Shown here one piece after another: positions 1 through 14,000 of a DNA stretch of 64,000 bases. The notes beneath the pieces were generated by a model. It was given only the letters and a program-made list of their open reading frames with translations, did not search any database and was not told the origin of the DNA. The stretch's first letter is position 1, and each line of letters opens with the position of its first letter. Made by a program: the position numbers and the translations under genes. The stretch lies in contig NW_027266308.1 in NCBI RefSeq assembly GCF_022045235.1, forward strand, positions 22,444,001-22,508,000, written 5' to 3'. The stretch comes from Haliotis cracherodii. Its lineage: Eukaryota.

Positions 1-149
1 TTTCCTGTCCAGCAGCAATCTATACTACTACAGTGCTGCCACTGCTACATAAAAATAGTTCCAAGTCACTTACTAACAGAACAGCACAATGTGTTTATGG
101 GCGGAATATCTGAAGCAGCAGTTCCATCATATATCACACTAAAACCCAA

Positions 150-440
150 TATCTAGATAAAGGCATAACAACTATGGCTTAGATTTATTAGATATGTGTA
201 AGATACTTGGTTTCCATATAGTCAATGGAAGATTAAAATCAGGTATCATATGCAATTTGACTTATGTATCACATTCTGGATGCAGCATTGTTGACTATTT
301 TATTATTTCTACTGATATTTTTACTAATACAATAGATGTGTCGGTTCTTCAGCAAACTGAGTCAGACCATTTGCCAATCCGATGTACTCTTCAGCCTGTC
401 AACCCAATAAGAGGCTTGAAACTACTCATTTGTTAATAAA
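150..440 (+). mobile_element. LINE fragment (C-terminus of APE endonuclease)
   Basis: ORF 194-436 carries IVNGR...TYVS..GCSIVDYFIIS...SDHLPI. Confidence 0.7.
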
Positions 441-524
441 TCATACAGTTGGATACAGACTCCCTGAAGATAAGATTACTTCGTATCAAAAATATTTATG
501 CAGCACTGCGAGTTAAGGAATGTT

Positions 525-700
525 TGAGTGAGTGAGTGAGTTAGGTTTAACGCCGCTTTCAACATTATTCCAGTTATATCGCGGCGTGTCAGCTTAATGT
601 GGGAGGAAAGCCTGAAGTGATACAGGTCTCAGACGTTTACCACTTCGGCGAAACCCACGAGCACGAGTCCCCTTACACTTAGGACCAACATGCATGTGCC
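525..700 (-). mobile_element. SINE family C, 3' part
   Basis: (GAGT)n tail and core shared with 49278-49560, 38521-38700 and 6685-6820. Confidence 0.7.
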
Positions 701-1101
701 TTTTGCTACTTGTACCAGTGAGGCATTTTATTGGTTTTATAGTGCTGGCTCACCGAGATAACATGGCCAGTTTAACATGCATACCCACACCAAAATACTG
801 TCTCCGAGCCGACCAGATCTTGCTATATCTCCTGAATGCCGAATGCAAGGTAGGGCTACAAGTACCACCTTTCAACCTTTCAGGTATGACGTAGTCAGGT
901 GATCATACCACCGACCCTATTCCGCCCTCCGGTTAAACGCTCGATCGTCTAGATTATGGAGGCGCTTTCACATGATTATCTGCAGGATTTCGTCACGCGA
1001 CACATGGTTATCAATGCGGCATAGTTTATGTGTGTGTCATGTTAGCAGTCTAATACATTTACATCTCACATGAATTATATTCACTACTGTTTACCACAAC
1101 A

Positions 1102-3727
1102 ATGGAGAAGAAACCACTTCTACCAAAACCCAAGGAGGGGGAATCTCTCCTCAATATCAGGAATTTGGTGATGGGAAACATTGTAGCAGTTCTGTACCAC
1201 GTAGCGTCAGCCTTTCATGCCCCGACACTCGATCAGTACCTCTATAAGAGGTTGTCGTTGGAAGTCTTCGGCAACTACTCAGGGGACAGTGTCAGCCCAG
1301 CCAACGTGACCTGCTACAGCAACAAAACATCTGAGGGATACATTCTTCAGGAAATGGCCCAGAAAGCCACAACAAGCCAACAGATGTACTTTTCCCTCGT
1401 CAATACAGCCGCAGCATTAGTCGGTTCTCTAGTTCTTGGATCGTATTCTGATTATTTCGGCAGGAAGGTCGTGTTCATTTTGCCAGCCATTGGTGACATG
1501 GTGAGGAGCGCTATGCTAACTGCCATCATTCATTGGGAGCTGGATCTAAACTGGTACTACATCGGGGAATTTCTGTGTGGACTTGGCAGTACCAACAGCG
1601 GTATACTCCTGGCTAGTTATGCTTATGCCGCTGACAATACACCACCCCGTAAGTCTCGGACATTAGCTATAGCAGTCATAGACACAACGAGCAGCATTGC
1701 TTATGCAGGTACAAGTGCTGCCACAGGATACTTCATACAGGATATGGGGTATTTCTACCCATCTCTCGTGTCTGCTCTCATAATGTGGGTGCTCATTCTT
1801 GTTGTCGTCTTTTTCATAAGGGAAAGTAAGCATTCCCTCAAAAAGACCAACAAATCAAAGGTGAACCTGACTCAGGGGATAAGAAACGTGGTAGGGTTGT
1901 ACCTGTTTGACAACACCTGTCGGGTACGGAGCCTGTTCTGGTTGGGTCTCATGTGCTACTTCTTCTCCCAAATCAGTGCTAATGCGGTAATCAACATAAA
2001 CACGTTATTCATGATGAACCTGCCGTTCTGCTGGACGCCGGAAAGGATAGGCTACTTCACTATGGCATCAACAATGGCCAAGCAGCTCTTAGGTGTGCCG
2101 CTGATCAAGCTCCTGCACTACTGCATAGGCGACGAGGTCATTGGTGTCTTCAGTGCCTTTACCTTCATAGTCGCGGACCTTCTCCATGGCCTTGCAACAA
2201 CAGACTGGATGATGTATGGATGTAAGAGATAACATATTTCACATTTTCAAATATTTAAGACGGATAAAAGACGACGCCATGTTTTTGAAAAACTTTTTTA
2301 TTTTTTTCTTAACTTCGCTATTTGAATTACCCTTTTTTTATTTCAGATGCAATGGCGGGAGCTCTCTCTTTTGCTGCCGTACCTGTCATCAGAGCAATCA
2401 TGTCCAGAATGGCCCCGAAAGACAGTCAAGGTATGTGCTGCGTTCAACATTTTCTATCCTGAATACGGTCATTGGGGGATGCATTACCGAGGAGATTCGT
2501 GAGTCAACTGCGATCATTTAGTACGTACCAGGAGAGAAGGTTCGTGAAAAAGTCTATGTCACTGCGAGACCCTGATGATATGTTATATGGCAGTGTACAT
2601 CCAACGCATTCAGCACACATCATTGCTTAGATTTGCATAGGGTGCCTTTTGCAAGACTTCCTTCCACACCAAGTCTGCAACTGGGACATAGATCGGGGGA
2701 TGCAGAGTTAATGAATGGTTCCATACAACAAATTTAGTCATGTACCACCTATAGATGTATTGTCATTTAAATGCTGCGATATTTAAACAGTACTTTTCTA
2801 TTTGATGTCATCAATAATGTATAAATTCTATAACACTTCTGCAACAAGGATATAACAATATATGATATACACAATATTTTAATACAATTATATTTATAAA
2901 CACTTATTATACAGTTATTTCCAACATTATTTCTCGGAGTGTGGTTTATATGATGATGTCAAGGTTATGTTGTGCGTTGGTGTTTACAGAAAGAGAAGTA
3001 TTTTTGTGTTTGAACATAGAAATAGGATATGTTGAGGAAGATCCCAAAGTGGATCTTGAATAAACAAAAGTGTATTTCAGGATCTCTCTTTACGAGTCTG
3101 ACCCTCGCTGATAAGGTGGGGGGGCTGATGTTCATCCCTTCGTTTGCTTACATCTACGAGGCCACTGTGAACTTCATGCGAGGCTTTATCTTCCTTGTCT
3201 TCGCTGGAACACATGTGGTTGCCTTTATGCTCTTGATGTGAGTATGTTACCTAATTGTTGTCTTTATTTGCGTTAGAAAATAGCGTGGTTGCCCAGTTGT
3301 CTATAGTTCACTTTGAATAATACCGTCCATTTGCCAGGATCCGATGATACGATGATTATTTATTCCAATCTCAGATTCGCCGCGATTATGATCCTTGGGT
3401 AGTACCATAACCGTGCTCACGTCCATGACCTGGTCATGAAGGTCATGAAGCCCATATTATGATACCACACAGTGATATCACTGATATAATGTTCAAAGCG
3501 ACGCTAAACACAAATGTGTATGTTGCGAAATAAGACTCCAATGTGGTAATGCAGACTCCTGAATACTGAGTTTAATATATTAGTTTTGTCTTTCCTTCAG
3601 ATTATTTGCTTGTTTGACATATAAGCATAACAGACGTATTGAACACGATGACACTGTGACAATACAAGACACGGAATGGCGTCAACCAACTTCCCAAAGC
3701 AACCTAGCACAGAGCACTGAAATGTGA
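1102..3727 (+). CDS. SLC46A: SLC46-family MFS transporter, copy 1 (most divergent), 495 aa; exons 1102-2221, 2347-2430, 3081-3237, 3601-3727
   Basis: GT-AG introns give a continuous 1488-nt frame. Family motifs: GSYSDYFGRK (DxxGRR loop), YAYAADNT..RT, glycosylated Cys-containing loop 1, PFCW, PVIRAIMSRM, QGSLF. AATAAA at 3835. Subfamily (A1/A2/A3) cannot be assigned by eye. Confidence 0.9.
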
Positions 3728-6140
3728 AGAGCACTGCATGCAGGCATGGAATTAGGCACGGATATAAACAGCCTTAGTATGCTTGCTACACCGACATCAT
3801 GCAAAAGCGTCATGTACACCTTTTTGTTTTATTGAATAAACCTACATTATAAGGTATCCATACTTGTTTGCATCTGTCATCAAATTATGAATGAGTGAAT
3901 AAATGAATCAATCGAAAGTAGTACCAAAAAGGTTTGATGTAAACAAGTTTCTGATAAACCCTTTTCAAAATGTAAAAATGGTATCGTCGCATACTGGAAA
4001 ACACACTATACAACACCGTATAGCCAAGGCCTTCATATGTTCATATGTAATCGTCCGGCACATACATGTGTATGCGAAATCGGTGTGGTGATATTGGTTC
4101 ACCTTGTCCACAGTCACGACGCAGATTAAGTAAAATTGAGTTGTTCCACATATTATTCATAGCACTGAATCTACCTTTAACTAAACGTATTACCTATAGT
4201 TTGAAAATAAGTCCACAATACAAACCTTCAAATTTATTTTCGATTATTCCCCACGCTTTTTCACCGTTAATACAAGTCCAGGCACTGATATGATTCACAG
4301 TAATTCAGTCCAGTGTTTTCTCCAATGAATCGATTTTTTAAAACAAACCTGGTTGCGTCTTACTTATATAGTCTCTGACGAAAACTGTTTCATTCTGTAT
4401 GCGAATGAACCTGATATGCAATTTTATACCCCACATTTAATAAGCTTTTTGGGCCCTAGTTATTTAAGTGTCGCACGTTGTATATTACAGCTCCATTGTG
4501 TTATCTCGCGTACATCACAAGTAAACGAGGTCACTAAGTCACGTGCCTACAGGGTTTAAAATTCACGACCTCAGATAAATCCTTAGCAAGGGTCAGCCTT
4601 GTGAACGCTGGTCAAATCATCGTGAACGAGAACGGCGACCACATTGTTACCAGAAAACAAAGACAAAGAAGGAAGTGTAAACTGGGGAATTTATTCAAGG
4701 CTAACGTCGTGTTCCTTGTTTTCCATTTTTCTGTCAATGTCCACGATCCATTATTAACACAATATCTTATCAAGAGGTACGCTGAGGAGGTGTTCAGTGA
4801 CAGCACAGTCCATATCCTAAAGTGTTATGTTAATCAGTCGGATCCAGGATATATATTACAGGAGCAGGTACAAGACAGGATATCCAACATACGGACTTAA
4901 CTAACAGCTACATCAAGCCCGTTTCTACTCATTATATGTATATTTCTTGGATCATATTCTGATTTTCTTGGTCGAAAATGTCTTTTTATGGATCCTTTAA
5001 TCGATGAGTTCCTGAAATATATGAAGATGACATTATTTGCTGAAAACAAGACCTGAGATGCTTCAATATAGGAGTAGTCATAAATGGTTTATCAGGAGGG
5101 TACGATGGTGTGATGATGGCTAGTTATGTCTACACACCTACACACGGCTGACAACACACCACCTAAGAACTCCTGCACAAAAGGCATTGCGCTGATAGAC
5201 TTCACCACCCACCTAGCTTCTGCAGCTTCTTCAGCCAGTGTTGGATATTTCATTAGGCATCTGGGTTATCTCTACCCCGCCGTTTCGCTACATCCTTCTC
5301 CCTCCACTCATTGTCGTTTGTCTTCTCCAAAACAGTATCATCACGGATCGGATGCCACAACCCCAAACCAGTAAAAGCGGTGAAAAATGTCTTTGGATTC
5401 TACTTTTCGAAAGATTGCGGATGAAAGCGAATCCCTTTTCTGGTTTCCAAATGCTCCATATTTTGAAATATATTTAGTGGAGATGGTGTTTCCATCATAG
5501 AATATCTTTTCCAACTGAACCTGTCCTTCTGTTGGGGTCTGAACTCATCGGCTACTACAATTTGGCGTTGTCCCTCACGAGGCAATTCTTAGGAATCTAT
5601 ATACCTCAGACACACAAATATGTATCATAACATCTATCATACAGGCAGGAGCCTATGTCCTACACGGCCTGGCCAACACTGATTTCATGCTTTTCACAGG
5701 TTAGTCATAATGGACATTATCTGTTGAATAAGGTAAAGAAGGCACTGTTATAATGGAAGAATAGATACATCTTAAAGAATAACATGATGACAACTTCAAT
5801 GGATATTCCCTCCAGGCTGTAACACGTTAATCAAAATATTAAGTAACTTTTAGTTTGAAGATTTTCAAGAAAAGGGAAATAAAATCATATATTTGCCACA
5901 TATACAATAAATTCATTTATTTTGTTTGCAGTTGTTTTTTCCCTGCGGTATCGTCGCTCCTCTGTTCCCGACTTCGAGTACCAGATAGATGCAAGACAGG
6001 ACAAGGTTACTGATGCCTATGAAAGATGAAGTACTTGTATCAGCTATTTGTTTGACCTTTTCTTGTAATAGCAATTTCCTGTATGATCTTACTGTGTATG
6101 TCACAGTAAACAGTAATTTGGAGATTCATCAATATCAGGG

Positions 6141-6295
6141 TGAGTGAGTGAGTATGTTTTTAGCAATATTCTAGCAATATCACGGCGGGGAACACCAGAA
6201 ATGGGCTCCACACATTGTACCCATGTCGGGAATCGAACCCGGGTCTATGGCGTGACGAGCGAACGCTTTAACCACTAGGCTACCCGACCGCCCCC
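6141..6295 (-). mobile_element. tRNA-derived SINE family A in pseudogene intron
   Basis: Minus strand has A box (tagcctagtgg), B box (ggttcgattcc) and (CACT)n tail; TSD aatatcaggg/aataacaggg. Confidence 0.85.
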
Positions 6296-6684
6296 AATAA
6301 CAGGGAGTTGCCGTTAAGTTATTGTTGATTCTAATTATTTGGCATTGGGGTTTTTGTTTGAATATTGGTTATAATCTGGACACCACAAAATGATCAAGTC
6401 GTCACTAATGTCGCTATTTTTCCCCTAATGAATAATGCTGTGTGCCACATGTTCTGTCTAAATTTAACATTCGTATAATTCGTGTCCTTGACCTTTGACG
6501 GGTACCTCTTTACGAAGCATTTGCTGTATAAATGTATGGGGTGAAGATAACCCCATAAATAAAACATAGCACCCTTGACACAAGCTAAGAAATTAATGTA
6601 TCGCATGAAACTACACTATTTACTATTCTAACAGGTTTACCTACCTATTTGGATTATGTTTCTAGGTTTGTCAGCACCATACCT

Positions 6685-6820
6685 GTGCTCCTGGGTTTCA
6701 CCGAAGTGGTAAACGTCCAAGACCTGCATCACTTCGGGCTTTCCTCCAACATTAAGCTGACACCCGTGATATAACTGGAGTACTGTTAAAACCAGCGTTA
6801 AACCCACATCACTCACTCAA
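6685..6820 (+). mobile_element. SINE family C fragment
   Basis: Reverse complement of the 525-700 core, ending cactcactc. Confidence 0.6.
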
Positions 6821-8790
6821 TTGTGGATTAAGTCCACTTTTTTGTGTGAACTTTTATTTCTAAGTTGTTTTAACACAACGTTTCTATTCGAAATTCCAGT
6901 ATTGGGGAGAAACATTAGCACATGTTGTCACTTTCAAAGCCTCACCTGATACTGTCACAATTGGAGAAGTCTGTATACAGTAATTGAAGGAGACTGAAAT
7001 ACTGGTATCTAAACGCGTTTCAGTTGTTTCCGAATACCGTTACGAGCAGCGATTTTTGGTTTTCTGTGTTGTCTAACCTACCTTCAGTGCGATTAGGAAT
7101 CTCATACTGATCACCAGTGTCAAGCCCCCAATTTTTCCATATGCTTTTGGCTGTTTTACAGAATACTCTTCCTTATATTTCTGAACATCTTTGGTATGAC
7201 CTCCTTTAATACCATTTGTTGCTTTCATATTTCCATTGAAGTCATTCCTTAGTTCAACTATACAATCTATTATTGGAGAGTGAAATGCAGTTGAACCACT
7301 ATCCAATTACCCCTGTGCTATTTCTATCACTTCAGATGTTTCATCTTGACGTTATGATATTTCAGCATCAGCCTTGTGCACATTATCTATGCCATGAATA
7401 TGTGTAAGCCCATGTAATTATATCCATGACTTTCACCTGAAGTGGACTCAGGCATAACTTGTTCCACTGAAGAATTCCTCTTATTTATGTCCCTTTGTAA
7501 ACAACGCACATTTAGCCATGTTTTTTGCTTTTTAAGGCTACGGATACTTTTCTAATTCTTGAACTTCGTTTGAAGGTTCCATTGTATCGCTGCCTTTGGG
7601 GGGAAGTGATTTAGTTTGATTCTGACATAACTTGAGTACCAGCAAACTGCTTCAAAAATAACGTTAAACAAAAGTTTATGTTGATACTCAAACCTCCTTC
7701 CATCCTAGTACAGTTGATATGAAACTGAAACCATTTTGAATGAAACAACCACACTCTGTAACCAATACTCCCTGGTTTATCTTAAGAGTAATTCGTGAGT
7801 GTCGATTCTTAAAACGGTATCTTGGAAACAGTTCCACATCTTATTGAAATATGGAACCGTTTTCTTTTACTGCTGACACAGGGATACATTACGTCAACAT
7901 CAAACTTGAGAGAGATAAGTATTTCATGTAATGAAACGGACATTGTTATTATTAAATTGTGAGCCGTGACGCTGACCCGACACTTCATCGATTCGTGAGT
8001 GCAAGTCCTGAATAGTTTATGAATAGTCATGTGACATTTGAATCATACAAATTATTGACAACGAAATATGTTTACTTGATTTCAATAAAAGCAAATCTGT
8101 AAATCAAATGGAAAAAAAACATCAGCTGAAATTAAATGAATTTCCGGATTTCCAACAATAATCCCAATACGCAATAAACTTGCAATAATTATGTTTTTGT
8201 AGAACAACTTATATATTATTATATTGTTTCAGGATCACTGTTTGCTGGTGTTAAACCGGAGGTCTAGGAGTGCCGGCTTTCAACCAGATGTATACTGCCA
8301 TCGTGAGGATGTTCAATGGCTTCGCTTTCATCGAATGTGCTGCCTGTTACTTGTTGCCTACAGTTATCATTGTGTGAGTGTATGCATTAGCATAAGTATT
8401 ATACATATTTTGGGAAAAGTATATATTTTTACATAGACATGTTTAATGCAAGCATCTCAGTATTTCAATGTCAGTCAAGATAAAACTTGTCTGTTTGTTT
8501 GCTTTGAATTTTAATTTCTACTGAAAGACTAGTCTAATTTGCATAACTTAGAAACATCCCTGTTCGTGTGTTTGCAGAGTGTTCCTTTGCATATCTCGTC
8601 GGGGCATCGTTATCGACACAACTGCTATTAACATCAACGACTACATCTGTGTAGATGACTGTGGATGGGCATTCTCATGATGATGATAATGTGAGGCATT
8701 GTCTAATTTTCCTATCTTTGGTTAATGTATATAAACGCAAGAAGTGTCTCAATGCATTAGTAGCGTTTTAGAATTTATGAAACATTTATA

Positions 8791-9150
8791 TACTCACCGC
8801 CAAATTAACGCGACACATATAGAGAAGTATATACGTTGAGAAGAGATGTTTCCAATGTGTACCACTTAATCACAAAACTAAAAATCAGTGCAAGTGTAAC
8901 TATAGTGTCTGTATTCTTATCACGATGCGCTTCACGTGATTTCCAAACTTTACACGCTAATCCTGCACGAGACAAATGGTGCATCTCGAGTCATGGATCA
9001 ATGACGTCACATGTGATGCGTTACTGAGCGTCGAATCACGCAACATAATAGTATGTTCGTTTCTGAATCGAACCAATCTAATATCTCTCGAGTAATTCTT
9101 CAAATAGTAACCAACATATATGGTTTTCGCGTTTCTTTTGTTGGTGAGTA
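8791..9150. mobile_element. Tc1/mariner-derived MITE
   Basis: Imperfect TIRs tactcaccgccaaattaacgcg / cgcgtttcttttgttggtgagta, flanked by TA. Confidence 0.55.
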
Positions 9151-10144
9151 TATATTCAGTTGTAAAGGAACAGTAGAAAATACTGAACGTATCTGAAGAG
9201 ATCAATTTCACTACAAGTGTTTGTACATTGTGTGAAACAGTATGTGAGGGAGTATAGTTTAATGCCGCATTTAACCACATTCAATCAATATTCCGCCTGG
9301 GAACACCAGAAATGGGCTTCAAACATGTGACATGTGCGTGATGAAAATACTATTAAACGTTAACCATTTATAACCATTTATAACCATTATGCACATTGTG
9401 TAGTACAGAAAGCATGCATATGTACTGCAGGAACACGTTTCACTGACAAACTCCCAACATCCCTCGGGTTAAACAATGACACTGCAAGTAGAGATGATAG
9501 ATCTCTGAGAGGAGCTTATGCACACTCGATAACCCCAGCAATCATGTTGCTGGGCTGACGTTACATGGCATTGTTTCGCAGGTGGATCTTGCAAAAAAAA
9601 AATCCACAAACTACGTCATAGGTTATTGTGATGTGATTGTAAACTTTGTGGTGCAGAGCCCCTATCTGGAAGGCTATCATAGCGCACGACAGTCCTAAGT
9701 CTATGAGTTTCGATAACTTTAGCACTAAAAAGCTTTCTGAGTCGGACCCCTCAATTCTAAAGGGAGGCCGTTTTATGGTATTAAATTAATACGTATAAAA
9801 AAAGTATGTGTTTGGAGCTTGATTCTGTTAAACTCATTAGGGTTATGCTGTGGATCGCATAGATGCCTGCCTATTCACAAACGACAGTAAATTTTAAAAA
9901 CGTCACAAGGGGCAAATAATAAATAACACACTAAACTCGCTTCCGTGTAAAGCAATTTTATGAAACTCGTGAATAGTTACGGTATCTGATTCACTTTCGC
10001 TCATAAAATAAAACTGGTATTACACGGGAACTCCTTTAGTATTCCATATATACGTACCAGAGAACATTTATTCTCATCATGTTTTATATAGTAGTACAAT
10101 CCATACATGATGCCCGACTGTTATGTATTTTAACCTCGTTACTC

Positions 10145-10356
10145 GTGACTATGCTTGTCGTAAAAGGCGACTAACGGGATCGGGTGGTCAGGCTCGCTGA
10201 CTTGGTTGATGCATGTCATCGATCCAAATTGCGTGGATCGATGCTCATGATATTAATCACTGGATTGTCTGGTCCAGACTCGATTATTTACAGACCGCCG
10301 TCATATAGCTGGAATATTGCTGAGTGCGGCGTTAACCAACCAACCAAACAACCAAC
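10145..10356 (+). mobile_element. SINE family B, 5' truncated
   Basis: Near-identical to 63637-63907 and 37981-38263; (CAAC)n tail. Confidence 0.85.
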
Positions 10357-11034
10357 GTTACCAATAATGTTTAATCAGTGGAGTATGTAACCGAGGAGGT
10401 TCTTTCTACCTGAATTACTTTGATATAGTGTGTTGATACCTGTATTTGATTAGTTTAATCAGAACGTAATATAAGTAACAAATTGTTATGTCTTTCTGAA
10501 TATCAATCTGGTTCCATGGCATGTATTTGAAGCTATCAAAATTGGCATACATATGTCGTACAACTAGGATGGTTATGGTAATGTTAAATCATGGATTAAT
10601 AATGTACCGTTGCTCGGCAGAAGAGTTCAGATATCCATTAATTCGTCTTTGTGATCATCAATGGATGAAGCAAAGTATAAGATTAAAGAACATACTTCTG
10701 TCACTAATGAGTGGATGGGTAAAGGTATAATATGTACAATAAACATACTGACCAATATATAGCAACTGTGCCCGATTTTCAGACACTTTAGACATATATG
10801 TATCAGTTAATCAGGACACATAATGATTCCAAAAATAGCCATGCATATGTAGTTCATTCACCCTACGAGTGATATGTGCGTAGGTCTGGATGACGGATAA
10901 CTTGGTGTTTATCACTTATGTTAGAGATACGACGTTAGTCGAGGTCACTACATACACTGTACATCTATCACATGATATTAGGATACAGATCATGTGGTAT
11001 TCACAATCCACTGATGGCATGATACTGGGGGAAC

Positions 11035-14000
11035 ATGGAGTCTACACCGCTACTTGAAAACAAAGATAAAAAAGACAAGTCAACACTTGGAAATCTACTC
11101 AAGGCTAACGTTGTGTTTCTTGTTTTCCATTTGGCTGTCAATATCCGTAATCCACTGGTAACACAATATCTTTACAAGAGGTACTCCGATGAAGTGTTCG
11201 ATAACAGCACAGGGTTCGCCAACACTCCAAATCAAACCTGTTACGTTAACAAGTCGGATCCAGGATATATGTTACAGGAAATGGTTCAAGAAAGGACATC
11301 AAACTGTCAAACTATACTCACAGCTATTGGCAGCTCCTTATCAGTTATCAGCTGTCTGTTTCTAGGGGCATATTCTGATTTTCTTGGTCGACGATTCCTC
11401 TTTATAGTACCATTAATTGGAGAGGTTCTAAGGTATGTGTCTCTTACAGCTGTTATTTACTGGAATCTCGATCTGAGATACCTGTACATTGGCGAGGCCT
11501 TAGATGGTATTTCAGGGGGGTTCAATGGTGTGGCTCTAGCTAGTTATGCCTACACGGCTGACAACACACCACCTAAGAACTCTCGCACAGTAGGGCTCGC
11601 TGTGATAGATTTCACCACCTACCTAGCTGCTGCAGTTTCCTCAGTCAGTACTGGTTACTTCATCAAAGAGCTAGGTTATCTCTACCCGTCGATAACTACA
11701 ACCTCACTCATGCTTCTCTCTCTCCTCCTTGTTGTTGTACTTCTCCCAGAAACTATCCACAGGGATCGAAGATCTCAATACCCGACTCCAATGAAAGCAG
11801 TGAAAAATGTATTTGGATTCTACTTTTCAAAAGATTTTGGACCAAAGCGAATCTATTTCTGGCTTATACTTGCAGCATATTTTATATCCTATTTCGGTCA
11901 GGCTGGGGTGTACATTGTGCAATATCTTTTCCAACTAAACCTGCCTTTCTGTTGGGGACCAGAACTCATTGGCTACTTTAATATGGCGTTCTGCCTTACC
12001 ATGCAATTACTGGGGATTCCAGTCATCAAACTCCTCCATCTGTGCACCTCAGACCCAGGAATATGTATCATAACAGGAGTCATACAGGCAGGAGCCTTTG
12101 TCCTTGAGGGCCTGGCCACCACTGACTTCATGCTTTACTCATGTAAGTCATCATAACAATTGCGTCAAGGTTTTAAATGTTTCCAAGAAGTTGGCATGTT
12201 TCTGGCAAAAGGGTGAGAACTCATGCCCCAAGGAAAATGTTATTGTGCTATATATGAGAAAATATTATCAGCCTTTGCTATTTACTTTTTGATGTCTTTT
12301 TGTAGTTGTTGTTTTGCCCAATGGTCAAGGAAGCTTATTTGGAGCTATATATATCAGAAAATATTATCAGCCGTTGCTATTTGCTGTTTGCTGTCTTTTT
12401 GTTGTAGTTGTTCTGCCCAATGGTCTTGCAGCCCCTTTATTGCCGACACTGAGGGCTATCATGTCGCGGATGGCTCCTGCTGAAATGCAGGGTGAGTACA
12501 CAGACAGATGTCAAAGATGAAGTCATGGATTTCAGTCACAGACAGCGTTCTTGTGTCAGTCACCATTTACAGTACAGGGAGTGAATGGGTATGGTTTTAC
12601 GCCGCATTAACAATATTCCTACAATAGCACGGCAGGGAACACAAGAAATGGGCTTCACACATTGTACCCATGTGGCGAATCGAACCCGGGTCTTCGAACC
12701 ACTAGGCTACCCCACCGCACTTACTTTCAAGAGTATACATTGGACACTTTCATTTGAGCAAGATGTATCAATACAAGAATTGAGAACAGTTTACCTAGTT
12801 CAAACAAGTGGAAATGGTAATCGATTCCGAAAATGCTCCACAGAAGCAAGGTTGTTGCTATTTCATTATTTGTTAGAAAAACTTGAAAACATAAATTAGA
12901 AATCCAGTAATTTCAAGCTCTCGCTGATTCTGACTATGAGATTAATACAACCACATATATCGTGAAGAGTTTCCTTAACATACTGCATTGTAGCTGAGCA
13001 GTAAAGTGATATGTTAAAACTTGATATATGTAACATGCACTGAGGGAATTTGAAAAGAATGCTTTCTTTAAAGGTTAATTCACTAATGGTAAGGTATATT
13101 TGATAATAACCATGGGAATTACCGATTAGAACAAAGGTCATCAGCACCCCATGCTTATCGAACGAGGCGGGTCAGGCTCGGTGACTTGGTTGATTGCATG
13201 TCATCGTATCTTATTGGATACGTGGATCGATATTTATGTTGTCAATCACCTGGATGTCAGGTTCTGATTCGATTATTTCCAGACCGCTGTCATATAACAG
13301 AAATATTGCTGTGTGCTGCGTTAAACAACGATCACACAAACACACACTGATACTTCAGCTTTTAAAATGCCACGTAAGATACGTTCCAATTTGTTAGTGT
13401 ACAGTTTAAACACATTGGTATTTCAGAGGAATGGAGCGCATTTGATACATACTGATGTTTCTGCAGCGGAGGTTTAGTTAAATTGTTTCTGCCACGGGAG
13501 TTTGTAGGCGTTGCTCTACCTACTGGTGGTGGTTTCGGTGGAAAGGTGACGGGGAACGACCTCCTGTCTGAGCCAGTGGCTTGTACGTGGCGACTAAATG
13601 GATCGGGTGTTCAGGCTGAGTGACTAAGCATGTTCTTTCTAAGCGCGTCATACGACTCAGAAGCTGTTTGATCAAGGTTAATACAAATCCATGCCTCAAT
13701 AAAGCTTTCAAAAGGGTTTTTTTCAGGTGAGCAATTGACTTGCCTTTGAATTCTGCTTGTGAAGGGTTCCACCGGTGGGGCAGGATACGCTAACCTTTTC
13801 GCGAATCATCACTATTTGATAGTAATTCATAAACACATGCTTATGACATAGTCGGAATCGTACTATCGACTCTGCTTTAAGCAGAGCTTTCTATTGGATG
13901 TGGAAAGGTTTTGTCGCTTTATTTGATGACTGCATGTCATCATACTTCAAATGAGTGGATCAATCACTTGATTTTCTAACCTACATTCGGTAGTCCACTG

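Larger units (their letters stand above)
4632..8680 (+). pseudogene. SLC46-family pseudogene, copy 2; exon remnants ~4632-5699, from 5932, 8233-8373, 8578-8680
   Basis: Colinear with copies 3-6. Start codon reads ACG, an early frameshift, in-frame TAA at 4898, further indels, decayed exon 2 and shortened exon 3; most splice sites still recognisable. Confidence 0.85.

Noticed and set aside
1102-2232. The ~375-aa ORFs as single-exon genes
   Set aside because: Each ends just past a GT donor and encodes only part of the MFS fold; downstream exons complete the protein.
12323-12352. GQGSLFGAI in the duplicated acceptor resembles the exon 2/3 junction QGSLFAGI
   Set aside because: The nucleotides align with the intronic first repeat unit (caaggaaaatgttattgtgct), so the resemblance is likely coincidental.
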